Shown: one piece after another, positions 46,488 to 58,179 of the stretch | How the letters are laid out: every line of letters begins with the position of its first letter | Numbering within the stretch: position 1 is the first letter of the stretch | Assembly: GCA_947085185.1 (NCBI GenBank) | Contig: CAMTVK010000017.1 | Coordinates: forward strand, 32,001-96,000 | Origin: Candidatus Fraserbacteria bacterium | Lineage (GTDB): Bacteria > Bipolaricaulota > Bipolaricaulia > RBG-16-55-9 > DRXL01 | DNA length: 64,000 nucleotides | Direction: 5' to 3' | The notes under the pieces: model-generated | Seen by the model: only the letters and a program-made list of their open reading frames with translations | What the model was told of the DNA's origin: nothing | Databases searched by the model: none | Translations under genes and position numbers: made by a program

Positions 46488-47428
46488 TGAATTCCGCAAA
46501 ACCGACGATCAAGATCGCGCGCAGCGCCGGGTGGTGCTTTGGCGTAGAGCGCATCGTGCAGATGGCTGAGAAGCTCTTGGACGAGACGCCCGACGGCCCA
46601 GTTTACTGTCTAGGAGAACTGATTCACAACCCACAAGAAGTTGCGCGGCTGCGTGCCAAGGGGATGGTCTTCGTCACCTCTCACGAAGAGTTGCCTCCGC
46701 TGAAGCCAGAGCAAAGACGCAAAGTCTTGATTCGCGCTCACGGCGTCGCCCCGGCGGTCAAGAGGGCTTTGCGCCAGAAGGGCTATGAGATCTATGATGG
46801 GACCTGCCCGTTGGTGACCATCCCCCAGAAGTTCGCGCGCGAGCTTGCCGAACAGGGCTATAGGGTCGTCATCATGGGGCATAGAGAACATCCGGAGATC
46901 CAGGGAATCTTGGGGTATCTGGACGGTCTGAACGTCCAGAGAGACGTGATCACCGGTCCAGAGGAGCTAGAAAAACTCAAATTAAAAGCGTCGGATCGGG
47001 TGGGGTTGATCTCACAGACGACTCACCCTTACGAAAAATTCGCCCAATTGATCGGGGAGGTCTTAAAATATTGCTTGGAGGTTCGGGCGTATAATACAAT
47101 CTGTCAGGCGACGTTTGACCGTCAGGACGCCATCAGGGAGCTGGCGCAAGAGTGCGATCTCGTCATTGTCATTGGCGGGCGCAAGAGCTCCAACACGTGT
47201 CGGCTAGCGGAGATCGCATCTCAGTACACGACGTGCTATCATATTGAGGACGTATCTGAACTGAAAGGAGAGTGGTTTGTGGGGAGAAAGCACATAGGGA
47301 TCTCGGCGGGGGCATCCACCCCCATGTGGTGTCTTGAAGCAGTCCGATCGGCCATTGAGCGGATCACTGGTACGCAGAGGCCGGAAATCCTCGAGAGCGT
47401 GAAACACTCTCGGCAAACAAGCGGGTGA
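46484..47428 (+). CDS. ispH: 4-hydroxy-3-methylbut-2-enyl diphosphate reductase
   Basis: AGWCFGV, IHN, RAHG, TCP.V, TICQAT..RQ, SSNT, AGASTP. Confidence 0.97.
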   Translation: MMNSAKPTIKIARSAGWCFGVERIVQMAEKLLDETPDGPVYCLGELIHNPQEVARLRAKGMVFVTSHEELPPLKPEQRRKVLIRAHGVAPAVKRALRQKGYEIYDGTCPLVTIPQKFARELAEQGYRVVIMGHREHPEIQGILGYLDGLNVQRDVITGPEELEKLKLKASDRVGLISQTTHPYEKFAQLIGEVLKYCLEVRAYNTICQATFDRQDAIRELAQECDLVIVIGGRKSSNTCRLAEIASQYTTCYHIEDVSELKGEWFVGRKHIGISAGASTPMWCLEAVRSAIERITGTQRPEILESVKHSRQTSG

Positions 47429-47434
47429 TCGAAC

Positions 47435-49144
47435 ATGTCTGAGGAACTCGAGCAAAAGGACACAGGCGAACTCTCTCAGATGGAAGCATTGTTGGATGAC
47501 CAAGACGTGTTGACGTACTCGCGCGGGGATATCTTGCGTGGGCGGGTCGTCCAAGTCAGTGACCAAGGGGTCTTAGTAGATATTGGGTACAAATCTGAAG
47601 CATTGATGAAGCCCACGGAGCTCGCGCCCTTTCACAAGGCTCCGCTCCAACCTGGAGACGAGATCGAAGTGCTCATCACGTATATTGACGAAGAAGAGGG
47701 CACGATCCACGTCTCCGAGAAAGCCGCGCTCTACGAGAAGCGCATCAGTGAGCTAGAGCGCGCCTATCGTCAGAGGCTCCCGATCACGGGCACGATCGAG
47801 GACGAGGTCAAAGATGCGGGCTATCACGTCAATCTCTTGAAGTCGGGGATTCGTGCGTTCCTGCCCGGCTCGCATTTGGGCGAGGATTTGGCTCCCCGCA
47901 TTGAAGAGCTGCGCGGCAAGGAAGTGCCGTTCATTATCTTAGAACTAGACCGACGGGAACGCAATCTCGTCGTCTCGCATCGGGAGTATCTGAAGGAGCT
48001 GGAGCGCCAGCGCAAGGACGAGCTCTTCACCAAGCTCCAGCCCGGCCAGGTCATCGAGGGCACGATCAAGAGCATCGTGGACTTTGGGATCTTCGTGGAC
48101 ATCGGGGGCTTTGAAGGGCTGGTGCATCGTTCCGAGATCAGCTGGAAGGACATCCCTGTGCCACCCAACACCTACAAAGTGGGCGACAAGGTCACCGTGA
48201 AGGTCCTGGGGGTCGATCGAGAGAGGGAGCGCATCTCGCTCTCGATCAAACAGTTGCGCCCTGACCCGTGGATCGGCCTCAAGCACCGCTATCCTGCGGG
48301 GACCAAGACCACCGGCACGGTCGTCAGCTTGACGGACTTTGGCGCGTTCGTGCGCATCGAAGAAGATGTCGAGGGCTTGGTGCACATCTCTGAGCTGTCG
48401 TGGGGGTATCCTGAGCATCCCAAAGAGGTCGTCAAGGTGGGCCAGCAGGTCGAGGTTGTCGTGCTGGACGTCAACGAGCAAGAGCGGCGCGTCAGCCTCT
48501 CTATGAAGCGCGTCCACCCCGATCCGTGGGAGAAGATCGAAGAAAAATATCCTGAGGGCAGCATCGTTCAGGGGCGGGTGACCAAGCTTGCGGACTTTGG
48601 GGCATTCGTCCATCTAGAGGACGGCGTGGAAGCGCTCTTGCACATCTCCGAGATGAGCTGGGACAAAGTGAACAAGCCCAGCGATGTGGTCAAGGAGGGG
48701 CAAGAGATCACGGCAAAAGTGATCAAGTCCGACGCGAGCAAGCGCAAGATTCGCTTGAGCCTCAAGGAGCTGCAAGAAGACCCATGGCACAAGTTCTTGG
48801 AGAGCTATTCTGTGGGCTCCATCGTCGAAGGCCCGATCACGGAGCTCAAGGACTTTGGTGCGTTTATGAAGATCACCGACGACGTTGAGGGGCTCATTCA
48901 CGTCTCGGAGATCACCGAAGAGCGCATCTCGACTCCTGCAGATGTCTTGCAGGTGGGGCAGACGGTGAAGGCGCGCATCATCGGGATCAATGAAGAGAAG
49001 CGTCAGGTGCGGCTCTCCATGCGCAATGTGCACCGGCAAGAGCGCCTGGTCACCAGCGAAGATGCTGGTCACGAAGCGATCACGATGGGCGAACGTGTGA
49101 AGGGCCTGAAAGAGCTGCTTAAAGAAAAGCCGAAGAGTTCTTAA
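47435..49144 (+). CDS. rpsA: 30S ribosomal protein S1
   Basis: Six S1 repeats (DFGAFV...EGLVHISE). Confidence 0.97.
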   Translation: MSEELEQKDTGELSQMEALLDDQDVLTYSRGDILRGRVVQVSDQGVLVDIGYKSEALMKPTELAPFHKAPLQPGDEIEVLITYIDEEEGTIHVSEKAALYEKRISELERAYRQRLPITGTIEDEVKDAGYHVNLLKSGIRAFLPGSHLGEDLAPRIEELRGKEVPFIILELDRRERNLVVSHREYLKELERQRKDELFTKLQPGQVIEGTIKSIVDFGIFVDIGGFEGLVHRSEISWKDIPVPPNTYKVGDKVTVKVLGVDRERERISLSIKQLRPDPWIGLKHRYPAGTKTTGTVVSLTDFGAFVRIEEDVEGLVHISELSWGYPEHPKEVVKVGQQVEVVVLDVNEQERRVSLSMKRVHPDPWEKIEEKYPEGSIVQGRVTKLADFGAFVHLEDGVEALLHISEMSWDKVNKPSDVVKEGQEITAKVIKSDASKRKIRLSLKELQEDPWHKFLESYSVGSIVEGPITELKDFGAFMKITDDVEGLIHVSEITEERISTPADVLQVGQTVKARIIGINEEKRQVRLSMRNVHRQERLVTSEDAGHEAITMGERVKGLKELLKEKPKSS

Positions 49145-49149
49145 AGTTT

Positions 49150-49770
49150 GTGGCAGCGGCTCTCATGGACTGGCAAGCCATTGGGGCAGCGGTCGGTTGT
49201 TATCTCATCGGCTCTGTGCCCTTCAGTTATTTGATCGCCCGTGTGAAGCGCATAGACATTCGTGAGCATGGCAGCGGCAACGTCGGCGCGACCAACGTCA
49301 CGCGTGTGGTGGGTGTGGGCTATGGGGTCCTTGCGCTTGTGGGGGATGTCGGCAAGGGGGTTGCTGCCGCGTGGCTGACGAGCGTCCTGGGCGTTCCCCT
49401 ATGGCTTTCTGGGCTGGCAGTCGTGGGGCATAATTGGAGCATCTGGCTCAAGTTCACCGGGGGCAAGGGCGTCGCTACGACGATTGGGCTGTTATTATCT
49501 TTCTCTTGGCAGACGCTTGTGGTGACGCTCGCAATTTGGGCAGTGACGGTACTGGTGACGCGCTACGTCGCCGTCGGCTCGATGGTAGCGCTGCTGTTAG
49601 TGCCCGTTGTGCTCTATTTCTTTCAAGCGCCGTCGGTGAATTGGGAGATTTCCGGGCTTTTTGGCGTGTTGGGGCTGATGGCGGTCTGGCAGCATCGCAG
49701 GAATATTCAGAGAATTCTGCAGGGGCAGGAGAGCAAGGTCTTTCAAAAGCGTGCCAAGCCCCTCTCTTGA
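49150..49770 (+). CDS. plsY: Glycerol-3-phosphate acyltransferase
   Basis: GSGNVGATN, D.GKG, GH, GGKGVAT, HRRNI.R. Confidence 0.96.
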   Translation: MAAALMDWQAIGAAVGCYLIGSVPFSYLIARVKRIDIREHGSGNVGATNVTRVVGVGYGVLALVGDVGKGVAAAWLTSVLGVPLWLSGLAVVGHNWSIWLKFTGGKGVATTIGLLLSFSWQTLVVTLAIWAVTVLVTRYVAVGSMVALLLVPVVLYFFQAPSVNWEISGLFGVLGLMAVWQHRRNIQRILQGQESKVFQKRAKPLS

Positions 49771-49890
49771 TACGGCCGTAGCCTGAGCTCTTTAGGCTGG
49801 ATTCCCCTCGGTCTCTGCAACTACCCGCCACCACCTGCACCTGTGCCCGCTTTGCTCTTGTTCACGTCTTAGGCTATACTCAGAACGTCA

Positions 49891-50184
49891 ATGAAAGTTA
49901 AAGTCTTTTCGCTGACTCGTTACGTGGAAGAAGCTCTAAAGAGAGCCGAATACTTCCAAGATGAGAGTGGCGCTGTGATCGCTCGGGTGCCTGAGGCGTC
50001 CGGCTTTTTCGCTCAAGGGGGCAGCTTTGAAGAAGCCCGTGAGAACTTGCGCGATGTCATTGAAGGTAATATTCTGCTAGCCCTGCAACTAGGTCTGGAA
50101 ATCCCACGGATCGAGGGGGTAGAAATCGAGGAGCTTCTGGTTTCTAGGCCTTCGCATCAGCATGGCAAGGCTCACGCCACTTAA
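49891..50184 (+). CDS. hicB: HicB family antitoxin
   Basis: ARVPE..GFFAQG.SFEEARENL.D...LGLEIP. Confidence 0.88.
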   Translation: MKVKVFSLTRYVEEALKRAEYFQDESGAVIARVPEASGFFAQGGSFEEARENLRDVIEGNILLALQLGLEIPRIEGVEIEELLVSRPSHQHGKAHAT

Positions 50185-50387
50185 GCCTAGGGACGTGATA
50201 CGCAAGTTGCGGAAGCTCGGCTTTGTCGGCCCATTCCGAGGGGGCAAACATTCCCGGATGGTGCATTTCCAGACAGGGCAGATCATCCCGATCCCTATGC
50301 ACAAAGGCCGAGATGTCAAGGTAGGGCTCATCCGAGAGATCATTCGAGAGCTGGGAATCTCGCCAAGAGGATTGGATTCAGCTCTAA
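50162..50387 (+). pseudogene. hicA: HicA family toxin with an apparent 1-bp insertion near the 3' end
   Basis: VIRKLRKLGF..RGGKH...IPMH.GRD...GLI..I; the natural ending EDWIQL-TAA (50385-50387) is in the +1 frame. Confidence 0.75.
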
Positions 50388-51155
50388 TTAGCTCTGAATT
50401 TCTGCGAGTCTCGCCATCTGCGCGAACGCTTCCGGGTCAAGTGACGCGCCGCCGACGAGTGCCCCATCTATATTCGGCTGCTGCATAAAGCCCTCAAAGT
50501 TTTCGGGCTTGACGCTCCCCCCGTAGAGAATCCGGATCTGTTGCGCGATCTTTTGATTCGAAAGCTGGGCCAACAGCTCGCGAATAAAGAGCGCGCTTGC
50601 TTCGGCTTCGTTGGGCTCTGCGTTGACCCCCGTCCCGATGGCCCAGATGGGCTCATACGCGACCACGAAATCTTTCGTGAGCGCTAGCCCCGCAAGCGCT
50701 CCACGAATCTGTGCGTCGAGTACGCTTTGGGTCCGCCCAACGTGACGCTCTTCTAGAGTTTCGCCAACGCAGAGAATTGGGATCAGCTCAGCGTCGAGCG
50801 CAGCTTTGAGCTTCTTATTGATAAGTGCGTCTGTTTCGCCAAAGAGCCGTCGGCGCTCCGAGTGCCCCACGATCACATAAGTACAGCCTAGGTCCTTGAG
50901 CATCACAGGGGAGATCTCGCCCGTGAACGCCCCCTCGCCCTCATAGAAGAGATTCTGCGCAGCGAGCTTGATCGGAGTCCCTTGGAGCTTTTGCCCTACG
51001 CTCTCTAAGAGCGTGAACGGCGGCGCGAGCGCCAGCTCCACCGCGCTGATCGTCCGGACACGCTCCCTGAACACCCTCAGATACTCTCGCGCTTGAGCGC
51101 GCACAAAGTACATCTTCCAGTTGGCTACGAGCAGCTTGCGGCGTTGTGAGCTCAT
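50388..51155 (-). CDS. tpiA: Triosephosphate isomerase
   Basis: ANWKM, GAFTGEIS, GHSERR, AYEPIWAIGTG, YGGSVK, LVGGASL. Confidence 0.98.
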   Translation of the reverse strand: MSSQRRKLLVANWKMYFVRAQAREYLRVFRERVRTISAVELALAPPFTLLESVGQKLQGTPIKLAAQNLFYEGEGAFTGEISPVMLKDLGCTYVIVGHSERRRLFGETDALINKKLKAALDAELIPILCVGETLEERHVGRTQSVLDAQIRGALAGLALTKDFVVAYEPIWAIGTGVNAEPNEAEASALFIRELLAQLSNQKIAQQIRILYGGSVKPENFEGFMQQPNIDGALVGGASLDPEAFAQMARLAEIQS

Positions 51156-51238
51156 AGATACGCTTATTATACGCTTTGGGCTCTGCGCGATCAAAAGCCC
51201 ATTTGCTTTAAGGCCGTGGGGGTGCTAATATTAAAGCA

Positions 51239-52114
51239 ATGGGACAGCAACCGCGCCAAGGGTGGGCTGAAGTCATTGGAGCTCTTGGGTTTCTAGTCGT
51301 CCTCTTCGTCTCAATCTTGGGATGGGATACACTGCTCAGCTTGATAGGAGGTCTGGCTATGCCGACAACGGCGCTCATCATCGTGCTGGCTATCGTCGTG
51401 CTCTTTTTGCTCAACGCGATCAAGATCGTTCGGGAATACGAGCGCGTCGTGATCTTTCGTCTGGGGCGGCTGCAGGGGGCCAAAGGGCCGGGGCTCTTCT
51501 TCATCATCCCCATCGTCGATCAAGTGGTCAAAGTAGACCTACGCGTGGTGACGTTCGATGTGCCACCCCAAGAAGTGATCACTCGAGACAATGTGACGGT
51601 AAACGTGAACGCGATCGTCTTCTTCAGGGTGATGTCCCCCGAAGCGGCGATCACCCAAGTCGAAGATTATCTGCAAGCGACGTCGCAAATTGCGCAGACG
51701 ACCCTGCGCAGCGTCTTAGGCCAAGTCGAGTTGGACGAGCTCTTAGCGGAGCGCGAGAAGCTCAACAAGCAATTACAGATGATCATTGACGAGCAGACCG
51801 ATCCGTGGGGGATCAAAGTGAAGGCCGTCGAGATTAAAGACGTGCGCATCCCGCAGGAGATGCAGCGGGCGATCGCGCGTCAAGCTGAGGCGGAACGCGA
51901 ACGACGCAGCAAAGTTATCAACGCTGAGGGCGAGCTCCAAGCCGCGACGAAGCTCCGTGAAGCTGCTGAAATTCTCACACAAAACCCCGCGTCGCTCCAG
52001 CTGCGCTATCTCCAGACGTTGATAGATATCTCGTCGGAGCGCAACACGAGCACGATCGTCTTCCCGCTCCCTGTGGACTTGATGAAGGCGTTCATGGCGC
52101 GGGATGAGAAGTAA
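51239..52114 (+). CDS. SPFH/band 7 (stomatin-like) protein
   Basis: [43 protein letters not shown]; alternative start at 51359. Confidence 0.95.
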   Translation: MGQQPRQGWAEVIGALGFLVVLFVSILGWDTLLSLIGGLAMPTTALIIVLAIVVLFLLNAIKIVREYERVVIFRLGRLQGAKGPGLFFIIPIVDQVVKVDLRVVTFDVPPQEVITRDNVTVNVNAIVFFRVMSPEAAITQVEDYLQATSQIAQTTLRSVLGQVELDELLAEREKLNKQLQMIIDEQTDPWGIKVKAVEIKDVRIPQEMQRAIARQAEAERERRSKVINAEGELQAATKLREAAEILTQNPASLQLRYLQTLIDISSERNTSTIVFPLPVDLMKAFMARDEK

Positions 52115-54959
52115 GGACAGGAAGGGCAGGGCTCAAGAGACGCTTCAGGAACTGCCCCGTGTAAGACTGGGAGGCTTGAGCGACTTCTTCGGGGGTACCT
52201 TGGGCGACGATCTGGCCTCCGGCGTCGCCCCCTTCGGGCCCTAAGTCAAGAATATAGTCTGCCGTCTTGATCACGTCGAGATTGTGCTCGATGACGATCA
52301 CTGTGTTGCCCGCGTCTACTAATCTATGGAGCACGTCGAGCAATTTCTCGATATCTGCGAGGTGCAGCCCTGTGGTGGGCTCGTCTAGGATATAGAGTGT
52401 GCGTCCGGTGTCGCGCTTGCTCAGTTCTGTAGCGAGCTTGACGCGCTGAGCCTCGCCCCCAGAAAGCTGCGTCGCCGGCTGCCCCAGCTGAATGTACCCC
52501 AATCCTACATCGTAGAGCGTCTGGAGCTTTCTCTTGATCGCCGGGTGATGTGCAAAGAACGCCAGGGCTTCTTCGACGGTCATCGCCAAGACATCGGCGA
52601 TGTTCTTCTCTTTGTAGCGAATTTCGAGAGTCTCGCGATTGTAGCGTTGGCCCTTGCAGACTTCGCAGGGGACGTAGACGTCGGGCAGAAAGTGCATCTC
52701 TATTTTGATTAAGCCGTCGCCCTTGCAGGCCTCGCACCGGCCGCCCTTGACGTTGAAGCTGAACCGTCCGGGCTTATACCCGCGGGCGCGGGCTTCGGGC
52801 ACCAGCGCGAAGAGTTTTCGAATATCGTCGAAAAGCCCCGTGTATGTCGCTGGGTTGGAGCGAGGCGTGCGCCCGATGGGCGCTTGGTCTATTTCTATAA
52901 TTTTGTCTATCTGCTCCAGCCCTAAGATATCGTCGTGTGCGCCGGGGCGCTCCGTGACATATCCCAAGCGCTGGGCCACCCCGCGATAGAGAATCTCATC
53001 GATGAGGGTGCTCTTGCCTGAGCCCGATACCCCCGTCACGCACACAAAGATCCCCAACGGGATTCTTACTGTGAGATTCTTTAAGTTGTGCTGGCGCGCG
53101 CCCACGATAGTCAAGAAGCCCGTGGGAGTGCGGCGTCTTTTGGGGATGGCAATCTGGCGTTGCCCACTCAAGAACTGCCCCGTGATCGAATGCGGGTTCT
53201 GACAGATATCTTCGACGGTGCCTGTAGCGACGATCTGCCCGCCGTGCTTGCCCGCCCCCGGCCCGATATCTACGATAAAGTCCGCTTCTCGAATAGTCTC
53301 TTCGTCGTGTTCGACAACGATCACAGTGTTTCCCAAGTCGCGCAGCCCTTTGAGCGTCCGGAGCAAGCGCACGTTGTCTCTCTGGTGGAGCCCGATGCTG
53401 GGTTCATCTAAGATATAGAGTACACCGACTAACCCCGAGCCGACCTGGGTGGCCAGGCGAATTCGTTGGGCCTCGCCGCCGGCGAGCGTCCCTGCAGGAC
53501 GATCTAGCGTCAGATACTCCAGCCCGACGTCTATGAGAAACTTCAGTCTAGTCTTGATCTCTTTCAAAACTTGATGGGCGATTCTCCTCTCGCGCTCGGT
53601 CAACTCCAGCTCCGAGAAGAACTTATACGCGTCTTTCACCGAGAGAGCGCAGACGTCCATAATGTTCTTCCCCGCGATCGTCACGGAGAGACTCTCTGGG
53701 CGCAGGCGCTTGCCCGCGCACGCTACACACGGGCGCTTGCTCATGTATTGCTCGATCTCCTCACGAGCCCAGTCGGATTCGGCTTCTCTGTAGGCGCGCT
53801 CAAGCGCTGGGATCAGCCCTTCGTAGTAGTCCATAAAGTAGCGCGTCCGCCCGTAGCGATTCGTATACGGGAAAGTGACGGGGATGCCGTTGGTGCCATA
53901 GAGCAAGATATCGAGCTGCTCTTTGGGGAGCTTGCCCAAGGGCTTTTCGGGATCGATCTTATACATCTTGCAGACGCCCAAGAGCACACCCCAGAGCCAT
54001 TTGCTCTGACGATCGGCCCAGGGGATGAGCCCACCGTCTTTCAGAGATTTTCTCGGCTCGATGACCAAGGTGGGATCGATCTCCATCTTAAAACCCAAGC
54101 CCGTGCACGTGGGACACGACCCAAAGGGGCTATTGAACGAGAAGAGTCTTGGCTCGATCTTGTCGTAGCTGATCCCGCAATCTGGGCAGGCAAACTGCTC
54201 GCTGAAGAGAATCTCTCTCTTTTGATCAACGATGTCAACGAGCACTAATCCGTGAGCTTTTTTGAGTGCGGTCTCGACGGCGTCGGCGATTCGTGTCTTG
54301 GTATCTGTGCGAACGACGATGCGGTCTACGACGACTTCGATAGTATGTTTTTTCTTTTTATCGAGGGTGATCTCATCAGCAGAGAGATCTTTGATCTCGC
54401 CGTTGACGCGCACGCGGGCGAAGCCCTCTTTTCTTAATGCTTCGAAGACTCTTTTGTATTCGCCCTTGCGCCCGCGGGCGATGGGGGAGAGAATCTGAAT
54501 CTTGGTGCCCTCGCCCAGTTCTAAAATTTGATCGACGATCTGTTGAGCAGTCTGCTGGGCGATGGGGCGGCCGCACTTATAGCAATGGGGCTTGCCAATG
54601 CGCGCAAAGAGCAATCGCAGATAGTCATAAATCTCTGTCACGGTGCCTACAGTCGAGCGCGGGTTTTTGTGTACTGTCTTCTGATCTATAGAGATCGCGG
54701 GGGAGAGCCCTTCGATAGAATCTACGTCGGGTTTATCCATCTGGCCTAAGAACTGTCGGGCGTACGCGGAGAGCGACTCGACGTAGCGTCGCTGGCCCTC
54801 GGCGTATATCGTATCAAACGCGAGCGACGACTTGCCCGACCCAGAAATTCCAGTGAAGACGATGAGCTTATTTCTGGGCAGCTCTAGGTCTATATTTTTG
54901 AGATTATGCTCGCGCGCGCCGCGAATGATGATCTTCTCGGTGCTCACGTTAATATCCAA
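52092..54959 (-). CDS. uvrA: Excinuclease ABC subunit A
   Basis: [30 protein letters not shown], two ABC cassettes, zinc fingers; start may be GTG 54947. Confidence 0.99.
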   Translation of the reverse strand: MDINVSTEKIIIRGAREHNLKNIDLELPRNKLIVFTGISGSGKSSLAFDTIYAEGQRRYVESLSAYARQFLGQMDKPDVDSIEGLSPAISIDQKTVHKNPRSTVGTVTEIYDYLRLLFARIGKPHCYKCGRPIAQQTAQQIVDQILELGEGTKIQILSPIARGRKGEYKRVFEALRKEGFARVRVNGEIKDLSADEITLDKKKKHTIEVVVDRIVVRTDTKTRIADAVETALKKAHGLVLVDIVDQKREILFSEQFACPDCGISYDKIEPRLFSFNSPFGSCPTCTGLGFKMEIDPTLVIEPRKSLKDGGLIPWADRQSKWLWGVLLGVCKMYKIDPEKPLGKLPKEQLDILLYGTNGIPVTFPYTNRYGRTRYFMDYYEGLIPALERAYREAESDWAREEIEQYMSKRPCVACAGKRLRPESLSVTIAGKNIMDVCALSVKDAYKFFSELELTERERRIAHQVLKEIKTRLKFLIDVGLEYLTLDRPAGTLAGGEAQRIRLATQVGSGLVGVLYILDEPSIGLHQRDNVRLLRTLKGLRDLGNTVIVVEHDEETIREADFIVDIGPGAGKHGGQIVATGTVEDICQNPHSITGQFLSGQRQIAIPKRRRTPTGFLTIVGARQHNLKNLTVRIPLGIFVCVTGVSGSGKSTLIDEILYRGVAQRLGYVTERPGAHDDILGLEQIDKIIEIDQAPIGRTPRSNPATYTGLFDDIRKLFALVPEARARGYKPGRFSFNVKGGRCEACKGDGLIKIEMHFLPDVYVPCEVCKGQRYNRETLEIRYKEKNIADVLAMTVEEALAFFAHHPAIKRKLQTLYDVGLGYIQLGQPATQLSGGEAQRVKLATELSKRDTGRTLYILDEPTTGLHLADIEKLLDVLHRLVDAGNTVIVIEHNLDVIKTADYILDLGPEGGDAGGQIVAQGTPEEVAQASQSYTGQFLKRLLSPALPVLTSHPAP

Positions 54960-55097
54960 GGGAGATCATACCCTAAACTCAGGTAAGGCGCAAAACGGCC
55001 CCTGATCGGACTGCATTAGCTTTTGTTGAAAGCTTGTTGCAAGCTCCGGCAGCCCGTTTGATATAATTAAGCTAAACCTCGTATGGGAGGGAGATCA

Positions 55098-56258
55098 ATG
55101 AAGCGATCTATTAGTGTGCTTTTCGCGATACTCACCGTGCTCTACGCGGACGCAGCGCTGGCGCAAAAGCCCAAAGGCCTGACGCTCTCGACCGAATACC
55201 CGGCTCAGTCCGTCCAAGCCGGCGAGACCGTCATCATCACGCTCACATTGACCAATCGCGGGCTGGCGCCGCAGATCGTGCGCGTGCAGATGAAGCAAGT
55301 CGCCGAAGGCTGGAAGGCTTCGCTTTTGGGGGGAGGCCGCCCCGTCCAAGCCGTCTACGTGGACACCGATAGCTCGGCTTCGCTGAGCTTGAAGCTGGAG
55401 CCGCCTGCAGGCGTAGCCACGGGGATATATCGCTTCGTCGTGCTCGCTCAGGGCCAGGGAGCCCAAAGTGAACTCCCCATTGAGCTCACTGTCGAAGCCC
55501 AGCTGCCCCCAAAGTTCGAATTTGAAGCAGAGCTGCCCACACGCCGCGGCCCCTCAACTTCGACCTTTCGCTACTCGGCAACACTGACCAACAAGGGCGA
55601 ACAAGAGACGACCGTCAACCTCGAGGCCGACGCCCCCGAGGGCTTTGAGGTGACGTTCAAGTTGCGCTTCGGCAGCGAGGAAGTCACGAGCTTCCCCATC
55701 AAAGCCGGCGAGTCCAAGAGCCTCGACGTTGAAGTGCGACCTCCACGCCAGGCCCAAGCCGGCGAATATCCCATCACCGTGAGAGCTCTGGGAGGCCAAG
55801 CGCAAGCGACCCTCACCTTGAAAGCCGTCATCACAGGCCAAGCCGATCTTGAGGTCACCACTCCCGACGGGCGGCTGTCGGCCCAGGCGACCGCCGGACG
55901 GGAGCAGCGCTTAAAGCTCATCGTGCGCAACCGGGGCAGCGCCCCCGCCCGCGACGTCGAGCTCAGCTCGTTTCCCCCCGTCGGATGGACCGTCGAATTC
56001 GAGCCCAAGACTATCGCAGAGATCCCTGCAGACCCGGACAGATTCGCCGAAGTGACGGCGAAGATTAAGCCCTCCGAGAAGACCATCGCCGGGGATTATA
56101 TGCTGACGATCACCGCGCGCAGTGAGAATATCTCAAACTCTAAGGACCTGCGCATCACCGTGGTGACGTCCACGCTGTGGGGCATTGTCGGGATTGGGAT
56201 TATCGTCATCGCGCTGGGGGCGGTCGGATGGGCCGTCTCGCGCTTTGGGCGCAGATAA
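55098..56258 (+). CDS. Exported NEW3/Ig-like domain protein with C-terminal TM anchor, ABC-associated
   Basis: Signal peptide, three beta-sandwich repeats (AGEYPITV, AGDYMLTI), TM helix + FGRR. Confidence 0.88.
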   Translation: MKRSISVLFAILTVLYADAALAQKPKGLTLSTEYPAQSVQAGETVIITLTLTNRGLAPQIVRVQMKQVAEGWKASLLGGGRPVQAVYVDTDSSASLSLKLEPPAGVATGIYRFVVLAQGQGAQSELPIELTVEAQLPPKFEFEAELPTRRGPSTSTFRYSATLTNKGEQETTVNLEADAPEGFEVTFKLRFGSEEVTSFPIKAGESKSLDVEVRPPRQAQAGEYPITVRALGGQAQATLTLKAVITGQADLEVTTPDGRLSAQATAGREQRLKLIVRNRGSAPARDVELSSFPPVGWTVEFEPKTIAEIPADPDRFAEVTAKIKPSEKTIAGDYMLTITARSENISNSKDLRITVVTSTLWGIVGIGIIVIALGAVGWAVSRFGRR

Positions 56259-56261
56259 ACT

Positions 56262-57209
56262 ATGAGCGAGTTCGTCATCGAAACTCAGAATCTCACGAAG
56301 CGCTATAGCGACGTCGTCGCCGTAGACCATCTGAATTTACAGATTCGCGCTGGGGAGATCTTCGGGATATTGGGGCCCAACGGCTCGGGGAAGACCACGA
56401 CCATTCTGATGCTGTTGGGGTTGACCGAGCCGACTGAGGGCTGGGCCCGCGTCTTGGGCTTTGACCCAATGCGCCAGCCGTTGGAAGTCAAGTCGCGCGT
56501 GGGGTATCTCCCCGACCAAGTGGGCTTCTATGACGAGCTCACCGCCCGAGAGAATCTCGCATACATCGCGAAGCTTAACGGGGTGGCGCGCCCTGTTGCC
56601 CACAGAAGGATCACCGAAGCGCTGGAGCGCATGGGGCTTGCAGAGGTCGCAGATCGTCGCGTAGGGACGTTCTCGCGCGGGATGCGCCAGCGCCTGGGCG
56701 TTGCAGAGATCTTGCTGAAGCATCCCCAAGTGATTATCTTGGACGAGCCAACCCTGGGGCTCGATCCCGAAGCCGCCCACGAATTTTTAGAGATCATTCG
56801 CGCCTTCAAACAAGAGAAGATCACAGTGCTGCTTGCGTCGCATTTGTTACACCAAGTGCAAGCTGTCTGTGATCGTGTCGGGCTGTTCTCTCAAGGAAAG
56901 ATGGTCCTTGAGGGCACGGTTGCAGAGCTGGCGCGGCAGGTCTTGGGCGGGGCCTATCGCGTGCACGTGCGAGCTGTTGGCTCCAATGTGAGCGAAGCTC
57001 TGAGAAAAATCCCAGGCGCCGTGCGCGTCCATAAGCTCGACGGTGATCTCTACCAAGTCGAAGCTCAAGAAGACCTCCGTGCGGCAGCAGCCCGCGCGGC
57101 CGTCCAAGCGGGGGCGCAGCTCCTTGCGCTGGGGCTAGAGGAGCCCAGTTTGGACGAGATCTATCAACGATATTTTCAAGGGGTGACGGCTCATGAGACC
57201 CAGTCGTGA
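56262..57209 (+). CDS. ABC transporter ATP-binding protein
   Basis: [24 protein letters not shown]. Confidence 0.96.
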   Translation: MSEFVIETQNLTKRYSDVVAVDHLNLQIRAGEIFGILGPNGSGKTTTILMLLGLTEPTEGWARVLGFDPMRQPLEVKSRVGYLPDQVGFYDELTARENLAYIAKLNGVARPVAHRRITEALERMGLAEVADRRVGTFSRGMRQRLGVAEILLKHPQVIILDEPTLGLDPEAAHEFLEIIRAFKQEKITVLLASHLLHQVQAVCDRVGLFSQGKMVLEGTVAELARQVLGGAYRVHVRAVGSNVSEALRKIPGAVRVHKLDGDLYQVEAQEDLRAAAARAAVQAGAQLLALGLEEPSLDEIYQRYFQGVTAHETQS

Positions 57210-58140
57210 AGGCTCGCCGTGGCGCGGGGTGTGGGTCGTGGTCGCAAAAGAGATGGCTGATCACCTAACAAGCGTGCGCATGGGCATTCTCGAGCTGGTC
57301 GTGCTGCTGACGGCAGCCGTGACAATCTATCTCGCGCTGCAGAATCTCTCCTCGAGTTCTGATGCGTTTCTATTCTTGCGGCTCTTCACAACGATGCCCT
57401 CGGACTCGCCCATCCCGGCGTTCGTGGGCTTTTTAGGGTTTTTAGTGCCGTTGATCGCGATTGCCCTGGGGTTTGACGCGGTGAACGGGGAGTTTCACAG
57501 AAGGACGCTCTCGCGGGTCTTGGCCCAGCCGATCTATCGTGATGCTCTTCTGTTTGGGAAATTTTTAGGAGGGCTCTGCACACTGGCGCTGGTGCTGACT
57601 GCGATTTGGTTGATGATCATAGGGTTGGGGCTCTTTCGCTTGGGGGTGCCTCCGACAGGAGAGGAGGTCGCCCGAGGGCTGCTCTTTCTGCTGGCGACCA
57701 TAGCCTATGGCGGCGTGTGGCTTGGGATCGCTCTGGTCTTTTCGATCCAATTTCGTCAACCGGCAACAGCGGCACTCGCTGCCATCGCCGTCTGGCTCTT
57801 CTTCATGGTCTTCTGGGGGATGATCGTCGACTTAGTCGCCCAAGTACTGATACGTGATGAACTGCGTCAGCTTGAGCTTAAGCTCTTCTTGGCGCGGCTG
57901 TCGCCCAACACGCTCTACACTGAAGTGATCTTTGCTGTGCTGAACCCGGCGGTGCGGGCGTTTGGGCCGCTGCTGCCCATTCAGTTCATTCAACTTCAGG
58001 GGTGGGGCGTGCCCACGCCATTGCCGCTCAGTCAGAGCTTGCTGCTTATCTGGCCGCAGCTGACGGGGCTGATCGCTGCGACGATCGTGCTCTTTGCCAT
58101 AAGCTACGTGCTCTTCCAGCGCCAAGAGATCCGGGCATAA
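57193..58140 (+). CDS. ABC-2 type transporter permease
   Basis: [11 protein letters not shown]...TL..VLAQPI.R..LLFGKF, six TMs, FQRQEI. Confidence 0.94.
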   Translation: MRPSREGSPWRGVWVVVAKEMADHLTSVRMGILELVVLLTAAVTIYLALQNLSSSSDAFLFLRLFTTMPSDSPIPAFVGFLGFLVPLIAIALGFDAVNGEFHRRTLSRVLAQPIYRDALLFGKFLGGLCTLALVLTAIWLMIIGLGLFRLGVPPTGEEVARGLLFLLATIAYGGVWLGIALVFSIQFRQPATAALAAIAVWLFFMVFWGMIVDLVAQVLIRDELRQLELKLFLARLSPNTLYTEVIFAVLNPAVRAFGPLLPIQFIQLQGWGVPTPLPLSQSLLLIWPQLTGLIAATIVLFAISYVLFQRQEIRA

Positions 58141-58179
58141 ATAATCAAGCTGAGTCTGGGAGTGCCATGGCTTCTTACC

